Source: Lingula anatina (taxonomy: Eukaryota > Animalia > Brachiopoda). From it: a stretch of DNA of 64,000 nucleotides. Location of the stretch: the NCBI GenBank assembly GCA_051362555.1, contig JBPQGU010000013.1, positions 372,001 through 436,000 of the forward strand. The letters are read 5' to 3'. Positions 37,938 through 52,900 of the stretch are shown here, piece by piece. Within the stretch, counting starts at the first letter, position 1. Each line of letters opens with the position of its first letter. The notes under the pieces are model-generated. The model searched no databases and had not been told where the DNA came from. It worked only from the letters and a program-made list of their open reading frames with translations. The position numbers and the translations under genes are program-made.

Positions 37938-40900
37938 TTGGCCAGGTAGGGATGAAAATTTTTTTTCTTCATTATAGTGTCAGGTAGGTGTGTTCGGTCA
38001 TTTGTAGTAAGAATAAAGTGCTGGAAGAGTGGTGGTGTCAACATTAAGGAAGAAATAGAGCAAAAACTCTCTCTCCCCCCCCCCCTCTCAGATTCTGTTC
38101 TCAGAGCTTATTTTTGGATCATCTTTAAAGCTAGAATTGGGGGCCTTGATGAAGTGACCCGGGCGCGTTTCCACATTTTTTATGAATGACAGGTGTGGTA
38201 GATTGATTTTCCTCACTTTTTGGAAAAATCGGAGACGGGTCGATTTTTGGTGATTTTGAGTGATTTTGAACAGTGCCGGCACTGTGAGATTTCTTCAATT
38301 TTGGCCAGGTAGGGATGAAAATTTTTTTTCTTCATTATAGTGTCAGGTAGGTGTGTTCGGTCATTTGTAGTAAGAATAAAGTGCTGGAAGAGTGGTGGTG
38401 TCAACATTAAGGAAGAAATAGAGCAAAAACTCTCTCTCCCCCCCCCCTCTCAGATTCTGTTCTCAGAGCTTATTTTTGGATCATCTTTAAAGCTAGAATT
38501 GGGGGCCTTGATGAAGTGACCCGGGCGCGTTTCCACATTTTTTATGAATGACAGGTGTGGTAGATTGATTTTCCTCACTTTTTGGAAAAATCGGAGACGG
38601 GTCGATTTTTGGTGATTTTGAGTGATTTTGAACAGTGCCGGCACTGTGAGATTTCTTCAATTTTGGCCAGGTAGGGATGAAAATTTTTTTTCTTCATTAT
38701 AGTGTCAGGTAGGTGTGTTCGGTCATTTGTAGTAAGAATAAAGTGCTGGAAGAGTGGTGGTGTCAACATTAAGGAAGAAATAGAGCAAAAACTCTCTCTC
38801 CCCCCCCCCCTCTCAGATTCTGTTCTCAGAGCTTATTTTTGGATCATCTTTAAAGCTAGAATTGGGGGCCTTGATGAAGTGACCCGGGCGCGTTTCCACA
38901 TTTTTTATGAATGACAGGTGTGGTAGATTGATTTTCCTCACTTTTTGGAAAAATCGGAGACGGGTCGATTTTTGGTGATTTTGAGTGATTTTGAACAGTG
39001 CCGGCACTGTGAGATTTCTTCAATTTTGGCCAGGTAGGGATGAAAATTTTTTTTCTTCATTATAGTGTCAGGTAGGTGTGTTCGGTCATTTGTAGTAAGA
39101 ATAAAGTGCTGGAAGAGTGGTGGTGTCAACATTAAGGAAGAAATAGAGCAAAAACTCTCTCTCCCCCCCCCCTCTCAGATTCTGTTCTCAGAGCTTATTT
39201 TTGGATCATCTTTAAAGCTAGAATTGGGGGCCTTGATGAAGTGACCCGGGCGCGTTTCCACATTTTTTATGAATGACAGGTGTGGTAGATTGATTTTCCT
39301 CACTTTTTGGAAAAATCGGAGACGGGTCGATTTTTGGTGATTTTGAGTGATTTTGAACAGTGCCGGCACTGTGAGATTTCTTCAATTTTGGCCAGGTAGG
39401 GATGAAAATTTTTTTTCTTCATTATAGTGTCAGGTAGGTGTGTTCGGTCATTTGTAGTAAGAATAAAGTGCTGGAAGAGTGGTGGTGTCAACATTAAGGA
39501 AGAAATAGAGCAAAAACTCTCTCTCCCCCCCCCCTCTCAGATTCTGTTCTCAGAGCTTATTTTTGGATCATCTTTAAAGCTAGAATTGGGGGCCTTGATG
39601 AAGTGACCCGGGCGCGTTTCCACATTTTTTATGAATGACAGGTGTGGTAGATTGATTTTCCTCACTTTTTGGAAAAATCGGAGACGGGTCGATTTTTGGT
39701 GATTTTGAGTGATTTTGAACAGTGCCGGCACTGTGAGATTTCTTCAATTTTGGCCAGGTAGGGATGAAAATTTTTTTTCTTCATTATAGTGTCAGGTAGG
39801 TGTGTTCGGTCATTTGTAGTAAGAATAAAGTGCTGGAAGAGTGGTGGTGTCAACATTAAGGAAGAAATAGAGCAAAAACTCTCTCTCCCCCCCCCCTCTC
39901 AGATTCTGTTCTCAGAGCTTATTTTTGGATCATCTTTAAAGCTAGAATTGGGGGCCTTGATGAAGTGACCCGGGCGCGTTTCCACATTTTTTATGAATGA
40001 CAGGTGTGGTAGATTGATTTTCCTCACTTTTTGGAAAAATCGGAGACGGGTCGATTTTTGGTGATTTTGAGTGATTTTGAACAGTGCCGGCACTGTGAGA
40101 TTTCTTCAATTTTGGCCAGGTAGGGATGAAAATTTTTTTTCTTCATTATAGTGTCAGGTAGGTGTGTTCGGTCATTTGTAGTAAGAATAAAGTGCTGGAA
40201 GAGTGGTGGTGTCAACATTAAGGAAGAAATAGAGCAAAAACTCTCTCTCCCCCCCCCCTCTCAGATTCTGTTCTCAGAGCTTATTTTTGGATCATCTTTA
40301 AAGCTAGAATTGGGGGCCTTGATGAAGTGACCCGGGCGCGTTTCCACATTTTTTATGAATGACAGGTGTGGTAGATTGATTTTCCTCACTTTTTGGAAAA
40401 ATCGGAGACGGGTCGATTTTTGGTGATTTTGAGTGATTTTGAACAGTGCCGGCACTGTGAGATTTCTTCAATTTTGGCCAGGTAGGGATGAAAATTTTTT
40501 TTCTTCATTATAGTGTCAGGTAGGTGTGTTCGGTCATTTGTAGTAAGAATAAAGTGCTGGAAGAGTGGTGGTGTCAACATTAAGGAAGAAATAGAGCAAA
40601 AACTCTCTCTCCCCCCCCCCCTCTCAGATTCTGTTCTCAGAGCTTATTTTTGGATCATCTTTAAAGCTAGAATTGGGGGCCTTGATGAAGTGACCCGGGC
40701 GCGTTTCCACATTTTTTATGAATGACAGGTGTGGTAGATTGATTTTCCTCACTTTTTGGAAAAATCGGAGACGGGTCGATTTTTGGTGATTTTGAGTGAT
40801 TTTGAACAGTGCCGGCACTGTGAGATTTCTTCAATTTTGGCCAGGTAGGGATGAAAATTTTTTTTCTTCATTATAGTGTCAGGTAGGTGTGTTCGGTCAT

Positions 40901-43900
40901 TTGTAGTAAGAATAAAGTGCTGGAAGAGTGGTGGTGTCAACATTAAGGAAGAAATAGAGCAAAAACTCTCTCTCCCCCCCCCCCTCTCAGATTCTGTTCT
41001 CAGAGCTTATTTTTGGATCATCTTTAAAGCTAGAATTGGGGGCCTTGATGAAGTGACCCGGGCGCGTTTCCACATTTTTTATGAATGACAGGTGTGGTAG
41101 ATTGATTTTCCTCACTTTTTGGAAAAATCGGAGACGGGTCGATTTTTGGTGATTTTGAGTGATTTTGAACAGTGCCGGCACTGTGAGATTTCTTCAATTT
41201 TGGCCAGGTAGGGATGAAAATTTTTTTTCTTCATTATAGTGTCAGGTAGGTGTGTTCGGTCATTTGTAGTAAGAATAAAGTGCTGGAAGAGTGGTGGTGT
41301 CAACATTAAGGAAGAAATAGAGCAAAAACTCTCTCTCCCCCCCCCCCCTCTCAGATTCTGTTCTCAGAGCTTATTTTTGGATCATCTTTAAAGCTAGAAT
41401 TGGGGGCCTTGATGAAGTGACCCGGGCGCGTTTCCACATTTTTTATGAATGACAGGTGTGGTAGATTGATTTTCCTCACTTTTTGGAAAAATCGGAGACG
41501 GGTCGATTTTTGGTGATTTTGAGTGATTTTGAACAGTGCCGGCACTGTGAGATTTCTTCAATTTTGGCCAGGTAGGGATGAAAATTTTTTTTCTTCATTA
41601 TAGTGTCAGGTAGGTGTGTTCGGTCATTTGTAGTAAGAATAAAGTGCTGGAAGAGTGGTGGTGTCAACATTAAGGAAGAAATAGAGCAAAAACTCTCTCT
41701 CCCCCCCCCCCTCTCAGATTCTGTTCTCAGAGCTTATTTTTGGATCATCTTTAAAGCTAGAATTGGGGGCCTTGATGAAGTGACCCGGGCGCGTTTCCAC
41801 ATTTTTTATGAATGACAGGTGTGGTAGATTGATTTTCCTCACTTTTTGGAAAAATCGGAGACGGGTCGATTTTTGGTGATTTTGAGTGATTTTGAACAGT
41901 GCCGGCACTGTGAGATTTCTTCAATTTTGGCCAGGTAGGGATGAAAATTTTTTTTCTTCATTATAGTGTCAGGTAGGTGTGTTCGGTCATTTGTAGTAAG
42001 AATAAAGTGCTGGAAGAGTGGTGGTGTCAACATTAAGGAAGAAATAGAGCAAAAACTCTCTCTCCCCCCCCCCCTCTCAGATTCTGTTCTCAGAGCTTAT
42101 TTTTGGATCATCTTTAAAGCTAGAATTGGGGGCCTTGATGAAGTGACCCGGGCGCGTTTCCACATTTTTTATGAATGACAGGTGTGGTAGATTGATTTTC
42201 CTCACTTTTTGGAAAAATCGGAGACGGGTCGATTTTTGGTGATTTTGAGTGATTTTGAACAGTGCCGGCACTGTGAGATTTCTTCAATTTTGGCCAGGTA
42301 GGGATGAAAATTTTTTTTCTTCATTATAGTGTCAGGTAGGTGTGTTCGGTCATTTGTAGTAAGAATAAAGTGCTGGAAGAGTGGTGGTGTCAACATTAAG
42401 GAAGAAATAGAGCAAAAACTCTCTCTCCCCCCCCCCCTCTCAGATTCTGTTCTCAGAGCTTATTTTTGGATCATCTTTAAAGCTAGAATTGGGGGCCTTG
42501 ATGAAGTGACCCGGGCGCGTTTCCACATTTTTTATGAATGACAGGTGTGGTAGATTGATTTTCCTCACTTTTTGGAAAAATCGGAGACGGGTCGATTTTT
42601 GGTGATTTTGAGTGATTTTGAACAGTGCCGGCACTGTGAGATTTCTTCAATTTTGGCCAGGTAGGGATGAAAATTTTTTTTCTTCATTATAGTGTCAGGT
42701 AGGTGTGTTCGGTCATTTGTAGTAAGAATAAAGTGCTGGAAGAGTGGTGGTGTCAACATTAAGGAAGAAATAGAGCAAAAACTCTCTCTCCCCCCCCCCC
42801 TCTCAGATTCTGTTCTCAGAGCTTATTTTTGGATCATCTTTAAAGCTAGAATTGGGGGCCTTGATGAAGTGACCCGGGCGCGTTTCCACATTTTTTATGA
42901 ATGACAGGTGTGGTAGATTGATTTTCCTCACTTTTTGGAAAAATCGGAGACGGGTCGATTTTTGGTGATTTTGAGTGATTTTGAACAGTGCCGGCACTGT
43001 GAGATTTCTTCAATTTTGGCCAGGTAGGGATGAAAATTTTTTTTCTTCATTATAGTGTCAGGTAGGTGTGTTCGGTCATTTGTAGTAAGAATAAAGTGCT
43101 GGAAGAGTGGTGGTGTCAACATTAAGGAAGAAATAGAGCAAAAACTCTCTCTCCCCCCCCCCCTCTCAGATTCTGTTCTCAGAGCTTATTTTTGGATCAT
43201 CTTTAAAGCTAGAATTGGGGGCCTTGATGAAGTGACCCGGGCGCGTTTCCACATTTTTTATGAATGACAGGTGTGGTAGATTGATTTTCCTCACTTTTTG
43301 GAAAAATCGGAGACGGGTCGATTTTTGGTGATTTTGAGTGATTTTGAACAGTGCCGGCACTGTGAGATTTCTTCAATTTTGGCCAGGTAGGGATGAAAAT
43401 TTTTTTTCTTCATTATAGTGTCAGGTAGGTGTGTTCGGTCATTTGTAGTAAGAATAAAGTGCTGGAAGAGTGGTGGTGTCAACATTAAGGAAGAAATAGA
43501 GCAAAAACTCTCTCTCCCCCCCCCCCTCTCAGATTCTGTTCTCAGAGCTTATTTTTGGATCATCTTTAAAGCTAGAATTGGGGGCCTTGATGAAGTGACC
43601 CGGGCGCGTTTCCACATTTTTTATGAATGACAGGTGTGGTAGATTGATTTTCCTCACTTTTTGGAAAAATCGGAGACGGGTCGATTTTTGGTGATTTTGA
43701 GTGATTTTGAACAGTGCCGGCACTGTGAGATTTCTTCAATTTTGGCCAGGTAGGGATGAAAATTTTTTTTCTTCATTATAGTGTCAGGTAGGTGTGTTCG
43801 GTCATTTGTAGTAAGAATAAAGTGCTGGAAGAGTGGTGGTGTCAACATTAAGGAAGAAATAGAGCAAAAACTCTCTCTCCCCCCCCCCCTCTCAGATTCT

Positions 43901-46900
43901 GTTCTCAGAGCTTATTTTTGGATCATCTTTAAAGCTAGAATTGGGGGCCTTGATGAAGTGACCCGGGCGCGTTTCCACATTTTTTATGAATGACAGGTGT
44001 GGTAGATTGATTTTCCTCACTTTTTGGAAAAATCGGAGACGGGTCGATTTTTGGTGATTTTGAGTGATTTTGAACAGTGCCGGCACTGTGAGATTTCTTC
44101 AATTTTGGCCAGGTAGGGATGAAAATTTTTTTTCTTCATTATAGTGTCAGGTAGGTGTGTTCGGTCATTTGTAGTAAGAATAAAGTGCTGGAAGAGTGGT
44201 GGTGTCAACATTAAGGAAGAAATAGAGCAAAAACTCTCTCTCCCCCCCCCCCTCTCAGATTCTGTTCTCAGAGCTTATTTTTGGATCATCTTTAAAGCTA
44301 GAATTGGGGGCCTTGATGAAGTGACCCGGGCGCGTTTCCACATTTTTTATGAATGACAGGTGTGGTAGATTGATTTTCCTCACTTTTTGGAAAAATCGGA
44401 GACGGGTCGATTTTTGGTGATTTTGAGTGATTTTGAACAGTGCCGGCACTGTGAGATTTCTTCAATTTTGGCCAGGTAGGGATGAAAATTTTTTTTCTTC
44501 ATTATAGTGTCAGGTAGGTGTGTTCGGTCATTTGTAGTAAGAATAAAGTGCTGGAAGAGTGGTGGTGTCAACATTAAGGAAGAAATAGAGCAAAAACTCT
44601 CTCTCCCCCCCCCCCTCTCAGATTCTGTTCTCAGAGCTTATTTTTGGATCATCTTTAAAGCTAGAATTGGGGGCCTTGATGAAGTGACCCGGGCGCGTTT
44701 CCACATTTTTTATGAATGACAGGTGTGGTAGATTGATTTTCCTCACTTTTTGGAAAAATCGGAGACGGGTCGATTTTTGGTGATTTTGAGTGATTTTGAA
44801 CAGTGCCGGCACTGTGAGATTTCTTCAATTTTGGCCAGGTAGGGATGAAAATTTTTTTTCTTCATTATAGTGTCAGGTAGGTGTGTTCGGTCATTTGTAG
44901 TAAGAATAAAGTGCTGGAAGAGTGGTGGTGTCAACATTAAGGAAGAAATAGAGCAAAAACTCTCTCTCCCCCCCCCCCTCTCAGATTCTGTTCTCAGAGC
45001 TTATTTTTGGATCATCTTTAAAGCTAGAATTGGGGGCCTTGATGAAGTGACCCGGGCGCGTTTCCACATTTTTTATGAATGACAGGTGTGGTAGATTGAT
45101 TTTCCTCACTTTTTGGAAAAATCGGAGACGGGTCGATTTTTGGTGATTTTGAGTGATTTTGAACAGTGCCGGCACTGTGAGATTTCTTCAATTTTGGCCA
45201 GGTAGGGATGAAAATTTTTTTTCTTCATTATAGTGTCAGGTAGGTGTGTTCGGTCATTTGTAGTAAGAATAAAGTGCTGGAAGAGTGGTGGTGTCAACAT
45301 TAAGGAAGAAATAGAGCAAAAACTCTCTCTCCCCCCCCCCCTCTCAGATTCTGTTCTCAGAGCTTATTTTTGGATCATCTTTAAAGCTAGAATTGGGGGC
45401 CTTGATGAAGTGACCTGGGCGCGTTTCCACATTTTTTATGAATGACAGGTGTGGTAGATTGATTTTCCTCACTTTTTGGAAAAATCGGAGACGGGTCGAT
45501 TTTTGGTGATTTTGAGTGATTTTGAACAGTGCCGGCACTGTGAGATTTCTTCAATTTTGGCCAGGTAGGGATGAAAATTTTTTTTCTTCATTATAGTGTC
45601 AGGTAGGTGTGTTCGGTCATTTGTAGTAAGAATAAAGTGCTGGAAGAGTGGTGGTGTCAACATTAAGGAAGAAATAGAGCAAAAACTCTCTCTCCCCCCC
45701 CCCCCTCTCAGATTCTGTTCTCAGAGCTTATTTTTGGATCATCTTTAAAGCTAGAATTGGGGGCCTTGATGAAGTGACCCGGGCGCGTTTCCACATTTTT
45801 TATGAATGACAGGTGTGGTAGATTGATTTTCCTCACTTTTTGGAAAAATCGGAGACGGGTCGATTTTTGGTGATTTTGAGTGATTTTGAACAGTGCCGGC
45901 ACTGTGAGATTTCTTCAATTTTGGCCAGGTAGGGATGAAAATTTTTTTTCTTCATTATAGTGTCAGGTAGGTGTGTTCGGTCATTTGTAGTAAGAATAAA
46001 GTGCTGGAAGAGTGGTGGTGTCAACATTAAGGAAGAAATAGAGCAAAAACTCTCTCTCCCCCCCCCCCTCTCAGATTCTGTTCTCAGAGCTTATTTTTGG
46101 ATCATCTTTAAAGCTAGAATTGGGGGCCTTGATGAAGTGACCCGGGCGCGTTTCCACATTTTTTATGAATGACAGGTGTGGTAGATTGATTTTCCTCACT
46201 TTTTGGAAAAATCGGAGACGGGTCGATTTTTGGTGATTTTGAGTGATTTTGAACAGTGCCGGCACTGTGAGATTTCTTCAATTTTGGCCAGGTAGGGATG
46301 AAAATTTTTTTTCTTCATTATAGTGTCAGGTAGGTGTGTTCGGTCATTTGTAGTAAGAATAAAGTGCTGGAAGAGTGGTGGTGTCAACATTAAGGAAGAA
46401 ATAGAGCAAAAACTCTCTCTCCCCCCCCCCCTCTCAGATTCTGTTCTCAGAGCTTATTTTTGGATCATCTTTAAAGCTAGAATTGGGGGCCTTGATGAAG
46501 TGACCCGGGCGCGTTTCCACATTTTTTATGAATGACAGGTGTGGTAGATTGATTTTCCTCACTTTTTGGAAAAATCGGAGACGGGTCGATTTTTGGTGAT
46601 TTTGAGTGATTTTGAACAGTGCCGGCACTGTGAGATTTCTTCAATTTTGGCCAGGTAGGGATGAAAATTTTTTTTCTTCATTATAGTGTCAGGTAGGTGT
46701 GTTCGGTCATTTGTAGTAAGAATAAAGTGCTGGAAGAGTGGTGGTGTCAACATTAAGGAAGAAATAGAGCAAAAACTCTCTCTCCCCCCCCCCCTCTCAG
46801 ATTCTGTTCTCAGAGCTTATTTTTGGATCATCTTTAAAGCTAGAATTGGGGGCCTTGATGAAGTGACCCGGGCGCGTTTCCACATTTTTTATGAATGACA

Positions 46901-49900
46901 GGTGTGGTAGATTGATTTTCCTCACTTTTTGGAAAAATCGGAGACGGGTCGATTTTTGGTGATTTTGAGTGATTTTGAACAGTGCCGGCACTGTGAGATT
47001 TCTTCAATTTTGGCCAGGTAGGGATGAAAATTTTTTTTCTTCATTATAGTGTCAGGTAGGTGTGTTCGGTCATTTGTAGTAAGAATAAAGTGCTGGAAGA
47101 GTGGTGGTGTCAACATTAAGGAAGAAATAGAGCAAAAACTCTCTCTCCCCCCCCCCCTCTCAGATTCTGTTCTCAGAGCTTATTTTTGGATCATCTTTAA
47201 AGCTAGAATTGGGGGCCTTGATGAAGTGACCCGGGCGCGTTTCCACATTTTTTATGAATGACAGGTGTGGTAGATTGATTTTCCTCACTTTTTGGAAAAA
47301 TCGGAGACGGGTCGATTTTTGGTGATTTTGAGTGATTTTGAACAGTGCCGGCACTGTGAGATTTCTTCAATTTTGGCCAGGTAGGGATGAAAATTTTTTT
47401 TCTTCATTATAGTGTCAGGTAGGTGTGTTCGGTCATTTGTAGTAAGAATAAAGTGCTGGAAGAGTGGTGGTGTCAACATTAAGGAAGAAATAGAGCAAAA
47501 ACTCTCTCTCCCCCCCCCCCTCTCAGATTCTGTTCTCAGAGCTTATTTTTGGATCATCTTTAAAGCTAGAATTGGGGGCCTTGATGAAGTGACCCGGGCG
47601 CGTTTCCACATTTTTTATGAATGACAGGTGTGGTAGATTGATTTTCCTCACTTTTTGGAAAAATCGGAGACGGGTCGATTTTTGGTGATTTTGAGTGATT
47701 TTGAACAGTGCCGGCACTGTGAGATTTCTTCAATTTTGGCCAGGTAGGGATGAAAATTTTTTTTCTTCATTATAGTGTCAGGTAGGTGTGTTCGGTCATT
47801 TGTAGTAAGAATAAAGTGCTGGAAGAGTGGTGGTGTCAACATTAAGGAAGAAATAGAGCAAAAACTCTCTCTCCCCCCCCCCCTCTCAGATTCTGTTCTC
47901 AGAGCTTATTTTTGGATCATCTTTAAAGCTAGAATTGGGGGCCTTGATGAAGTGACCCGGGCGCGTTTCCACATTTTTTATGAATGACAGGTGTGGTAGA
48001 TTGATTTTCCTCACTTTTTGGAAAAATCGGAGACGGGTCGATTTTTGGTGATTTTGAGTGATTTTGAACAGTGCCGGCACTGTGAGATTTCTTCAATTTT
48101 GGCCAGGTAGGGATGAAAATTTTTTTTCTTCATTATAGTGTCAGGTAGGTGTGTTCGGTCATTTGTAGTAAGAATAAAGTGCTGGAAGAGTGGTGGTGTC
48201 AACATTAAGGAAGAAATAGAGCAAAAACTCTCTCTCCCCCCCCCCCTCTCAGATTCTGTTCTCAGAGCTTATTTTTGGATCATCTTTAAAGCTAGAATTG
48301 GGGGCCTTGATGAAGTGACCCGGGCGCGTTTCCACATTTTTTATGAATGACAGGTGTGGTAGATTGATTTTCCTCACTTTTTGGAAAAATCGGAGACGGG
48401 TCGATTTTTGGTGATTTTGAGTGATTTTGAACAGTGCCGGCACTGTGAGATTTCTTCAATTTTGGCCAGGTAGGGATGAAAATTTTTTTTCTTCATTATA
48501 GTGTCAGGTAGGTGTGTTCGGTCATTTGTAGTAAGAATAAAGTGCTGGAAGAGTGGTGGTGTCAACATTAAGGAAGAAATAGAGCAAAAACTCTCTCTCC
48601 CCCCCCCCCCTCTCAGATTCTGTTCTCAGAGCTTATTTTTGGATCATCTTTAAAGCTAGAATTGGGGGCCTTGATGAAGTGACCCGGGCGCGTTTCCACA
48701 TTTTTTATGAATGACAGGTGTGGTAGATTGATTTTCCTCACTTTTTGGAAAAATCGGAGACGGGTCGATTTTTGGTGATTTTGAGTGATTTTGAACAGTG
48801 CCGGCACTGTGAGATTTCTTCAATTTTGGCCAGGTAGGGATGAAAATTTTTTTTCTTCATTATAGTGTCAGGTAGGTGTGTTCGGTCATTTGTAGTAAGA
48901 ATAAAGTGCTGGAAGAGTGGTGGTGTCAACATTAAGGAAGAAATAGAGCAAAAACTCTCTCTCCCCCCCCCCCTCTCAGATTCTGTTCTCAGAGCTTATT
49001 TTTGGATCATCTTTAAAGCTAGAATTGGGGGCCTTGATGAAGTGACCCGGGCGCGTTTCCACATTTTTTATGAATGACAGGTGTGGTAGATTGATTTTCC
49101 TCACTTTTTGGAAAAATCGGAGACGGGTCGATTTTTGGTGATTTTGAGTGATTTTGAACAGTGCCGGCACTGTGAGATTTCTTCAATTTTGGCCAGGTAG
49201 GGATGAAAATTTTTTTTCTTCATTATAGTGTCAGGTAGGTGTGTTCGGTCATTTGTAGTAAGAATAAAGTGCTGGAAGAGTGGTGGTGTCAACATTAAGG
49301 AAGAAATAGAGCAAAAACTCTCTCTCCCCCCCCCCCTCTCAGATTCTGTTCTCAGAGCTTATTTTTGGATCATCTTTAAAGCTAGAATTGGGGGCCTTGA
49401 TGAAGTGACCCGGGCGCGTTTCCACATTTTTTATGAATGACAGGTGTGGTAGATTGATTTTCCTCACTTTTTGGAAAAATCGGAGACGGGTCGATTTTTG
49501 GTGATTTTGAGTGATTTTGAACAGTGCCGGCACTGTGAGATTTCTTCAATTTTGGCCAGGTAGGGATGAAAATTTTTTTTCTTCATTATAGTGTCAGGTA
49601 GGTGTGTTCGGTCATTTGTAGTAAGAATAAAGTGCTGGAAGAGTGGTGGTGTCAACATTAAGGAAGAAATAGAGCAAAAACTCTCTCTCCCCCCCCCCCT
49701 CTCAGATTCTGTTCTCAGAGCTTATTTTTGGATCATCTTTAAAGCTAGAATTGGGGGCCTTGATGAAGTGACCCGGGCGCGTTTCCACATTTTTTATGAA
49801 TGACAGGTGTGGTAGATTGATTTTCCTCACTTTTTGGAAAAATCGGAGACGGGTCGATTTTTGGTGATTTTGAGTGATTTTGAACAGTGCCGGCACTGTG

Positions 49901-52900
49901 AGATTTCTTCAATTTTGGCCAGGTAGGGATGAAAATTTTTTTTCTTCATTATAGTGTCAGGTAGGTGTGTTCGGTCATTTGTAGTAAGAATAAAGTGCTG
50001 GAAGAGTGGTGGTGTCAACATTAAGGAAGAAATAGAGCAAAAACTCTCTCTCCCCCCCCCCCTCTCAGATTCTGTTCTCAGAGCTTATTTTTGGATCATC
50101 TTTAAAGCTAGAATTGGGGGCCTTGATGAAGTGACCCGGGCGCGTTTCCACATTTTTTATGAATGACAGGTGTGGTAGATTGATTTTCCTCACTTTTTGG
50201 AAAAATCGGAGACGGGTCGATTTTTGGTGATTTTGAGTGATTTTGAACAGTGCCGGCACTGTGAGATTTCTTCAATTTTGGCCAGGTAGGGATGAAAATT
50301 TTTTTTCTTCATTATAGTGTCAGGTAGGTGTGTTCGGTCATTTGTAGTAAGAATAAAGTGCTGGAAGAGTGGTGGTGTCAACATTAAGGAAGAAATAGAG
50401 CAAAAACTCTCTCTCCCCCCCCCCCTCTCAGATTCTGTTCTCAGAGCTTATTTTTGGATCATCTTTAAAGCTAGAATTGGGGGCCTTGATGAAGTGACCC
50501 GGGCGCGTTTCCACATTTTTTATGAATGACAGGTGTGGTAGATTGATTTTCCTCACTTTTTGGAAAAATCGGAGACGGGTCGATTTTTGGTGATTTTGAG
50601 TGATTTTGAACAGTGCCGGCACTGTGAGATTTCTTCAATTTTGGCCAGGTAGGGATGAAAATTTTTTTTCTTCATTATAGTGTCAGGTAGGTGTGTTCGG
50701 TCATTTGTAGTAAGAATAAAGTGCTGGAAGAGTGGTGGTGTCAACATTAAGGAAGAAATAGAGCAAAAACTCTCTCTCCCCCCCCCCCTCTCAGATTCTG
50801 TTCTCAGAGCTTATTTTTGGATCATCTTTAAAGCTAGAATTGGGGGCCTTGATGAAGTGACCCGGGCGCGTTTCCACATTTTTTATGAATGACAGGTGTG
50901 GTAGATTGATTTTCCTCACTTTTTGGAAAAATCGGAGACGGGTCGATTTTTGGTGATTTTGAGTGATTTTGAACAGTGCCGGCACTGTGAGATTTCTTCA
51001 ATTTTGGCCAGGTAGGGATGAAAATTTTTTTTCTTCATTATAGTGTCAGGTAGGTGTGTTCGGTCATTTGTAGTAAGAATAAAGTGCTGGAAGAGTGGTG
51101 GTGTCAACATTAAGGAAGAAATAGAGCAAAAACTCTCTCTCCCCCCCCCCCTCTCAGATTCTGTTCTCAGAGCTTATTTTTGGATCATCTTTAAAGCTAG
51201 AATTGGGGGCCTTGATGAAGTGACCCGGGCGCGTTTCCACATTTTTTATGAATGACAGGTGTGGTAGATTGATTTTCCTCACTTTTTGGAAAAATCGGAG
51301 ACGGGTCGATTTTTGGTGATTTTGAGTGATTTTGAACAGTGCCGGCACTGTGAGATTTCTTCAATTTTGGCCAGGTAGGGATGAAAATTTTTTTTCTTCA
51401 TTATAGTGTCAGGTAGGTGTGTTCGGTCATTTGTAGTAAGAATAAAGTGCTGGAAGAGTGGTGGTGTCAACATTAAGGAAGAAATAGAGCAAAAACTCTC
51501 TCTCCCCCCCCCCCTCTCAGATTCTGTTCTCAGAGCTTATTTTTGGATCATCTTTAAAGCTAGAATTGGGGGCCTTGATGAAGTGACCCGGGCGCGTTTC
51601 CACATTTTTTATGAATGACAGGTGTGGTAGATTGATTTTCCTCACTTTTTGGAAAAATCGGAGACGGGTCGATTTTTGGTGATTTTGAGTGATTTTGAAC
51701 AGTGCCGGCACTGTGAGATTTCTTCAATTTTGGCCAGGTAGGGATGAAAATTTTTTTTCTTCATTATAGTGTCAGGTAGGTGTGTTCGGTCATTTGTAGT
51801 AAGAATAAAGTGCTGGAAGAGTGGTGGTGTCAACATTAAGGAAGAAATAGAGCAAAAACTCTCTCTCCCCCCCCCCCTCTCAGATTCTGTTCTCAGAGCT
51901 TATTTTTGGATCATCTTTAAAGCTAGAATTGGGGGCCTTGATGAAGTGACCCGGGCGCGTTTCCACATTTTTTATGAATGACAGGTGTGGTAGATTGATT
52001 TTCCTCACTTTTTGGAAAAATCGGAGACGGGTCGATTTTTGGTGATTTTGAGTGATTTTGAACAGTGCCGGCACTGTGAGATTTCTTCAATTTTGGCCAG
52101 GTAGGGATGAAAATTTTTTTTCTTCATTATAGTGTCAGGTAGGTGTGTTCGGTCATTTGTAGTAAGAATAAAGTGCTGGAAGAGTGGTGGTGTCAACATT
52201 AAGGAAGAAATAGAGCAAAAACTCTCTCTCCCCCCCCCCCTCTCAGATTCTGTTCTCAGAGCTTATTTTTGGATCATCTTTAAAGCTAGAATTGGGGGCC
52301 TTGATGAAGTGACCCGGGCGCGTTTCCACATTTTTTATGAATGACAGGTGTGGTAGATTGATTTTCCTCACTTTTTGGAAAAATCGGAGACGGGTCGATT
52401 TTTGGTGATTTTGAGTGATTTTGAACAGTGCCGGCACTGTGAGATTTCTTCAATTTTGGCCAGGTAGGGATGAAAATTTTTTTTCTTCATTATAGTGTCA
52501 GGTAGGTGTGTTCGGTCATTTGTAGTAAGAATAAAGTGCTGGAAGAGTGGTGGTGTCAACATTAAGGAAGAAATAGAGCAAAAACTCTCTCTCCCCCCCC
52601 CCCTCTCAGATTCTGTTCTCAGAGCTTATTTTTGGATCATCTTTAAAGCTAGAATTGGGGGCCTTGATGAAGTGACCCGGGCGCGTTTCCACATTTTTTA
52701 TGAATGACAGGTGTGGTAGATTGATTTTCCTCACTTTTTGGAAAAATCGGAGACGGGTCGATTTTTGGTGATTTTGAGTGATTTTGAACAGTGCCGGCAC
52801 TGTGAGATTTCTTCAATTTTGGCCAGGTAGGGATGAAAATTTTTTTTCTTCATTATAGTGTCAGGTAGGTGTGTTCGGTCATTTGTAGTAAGAATAAAGT

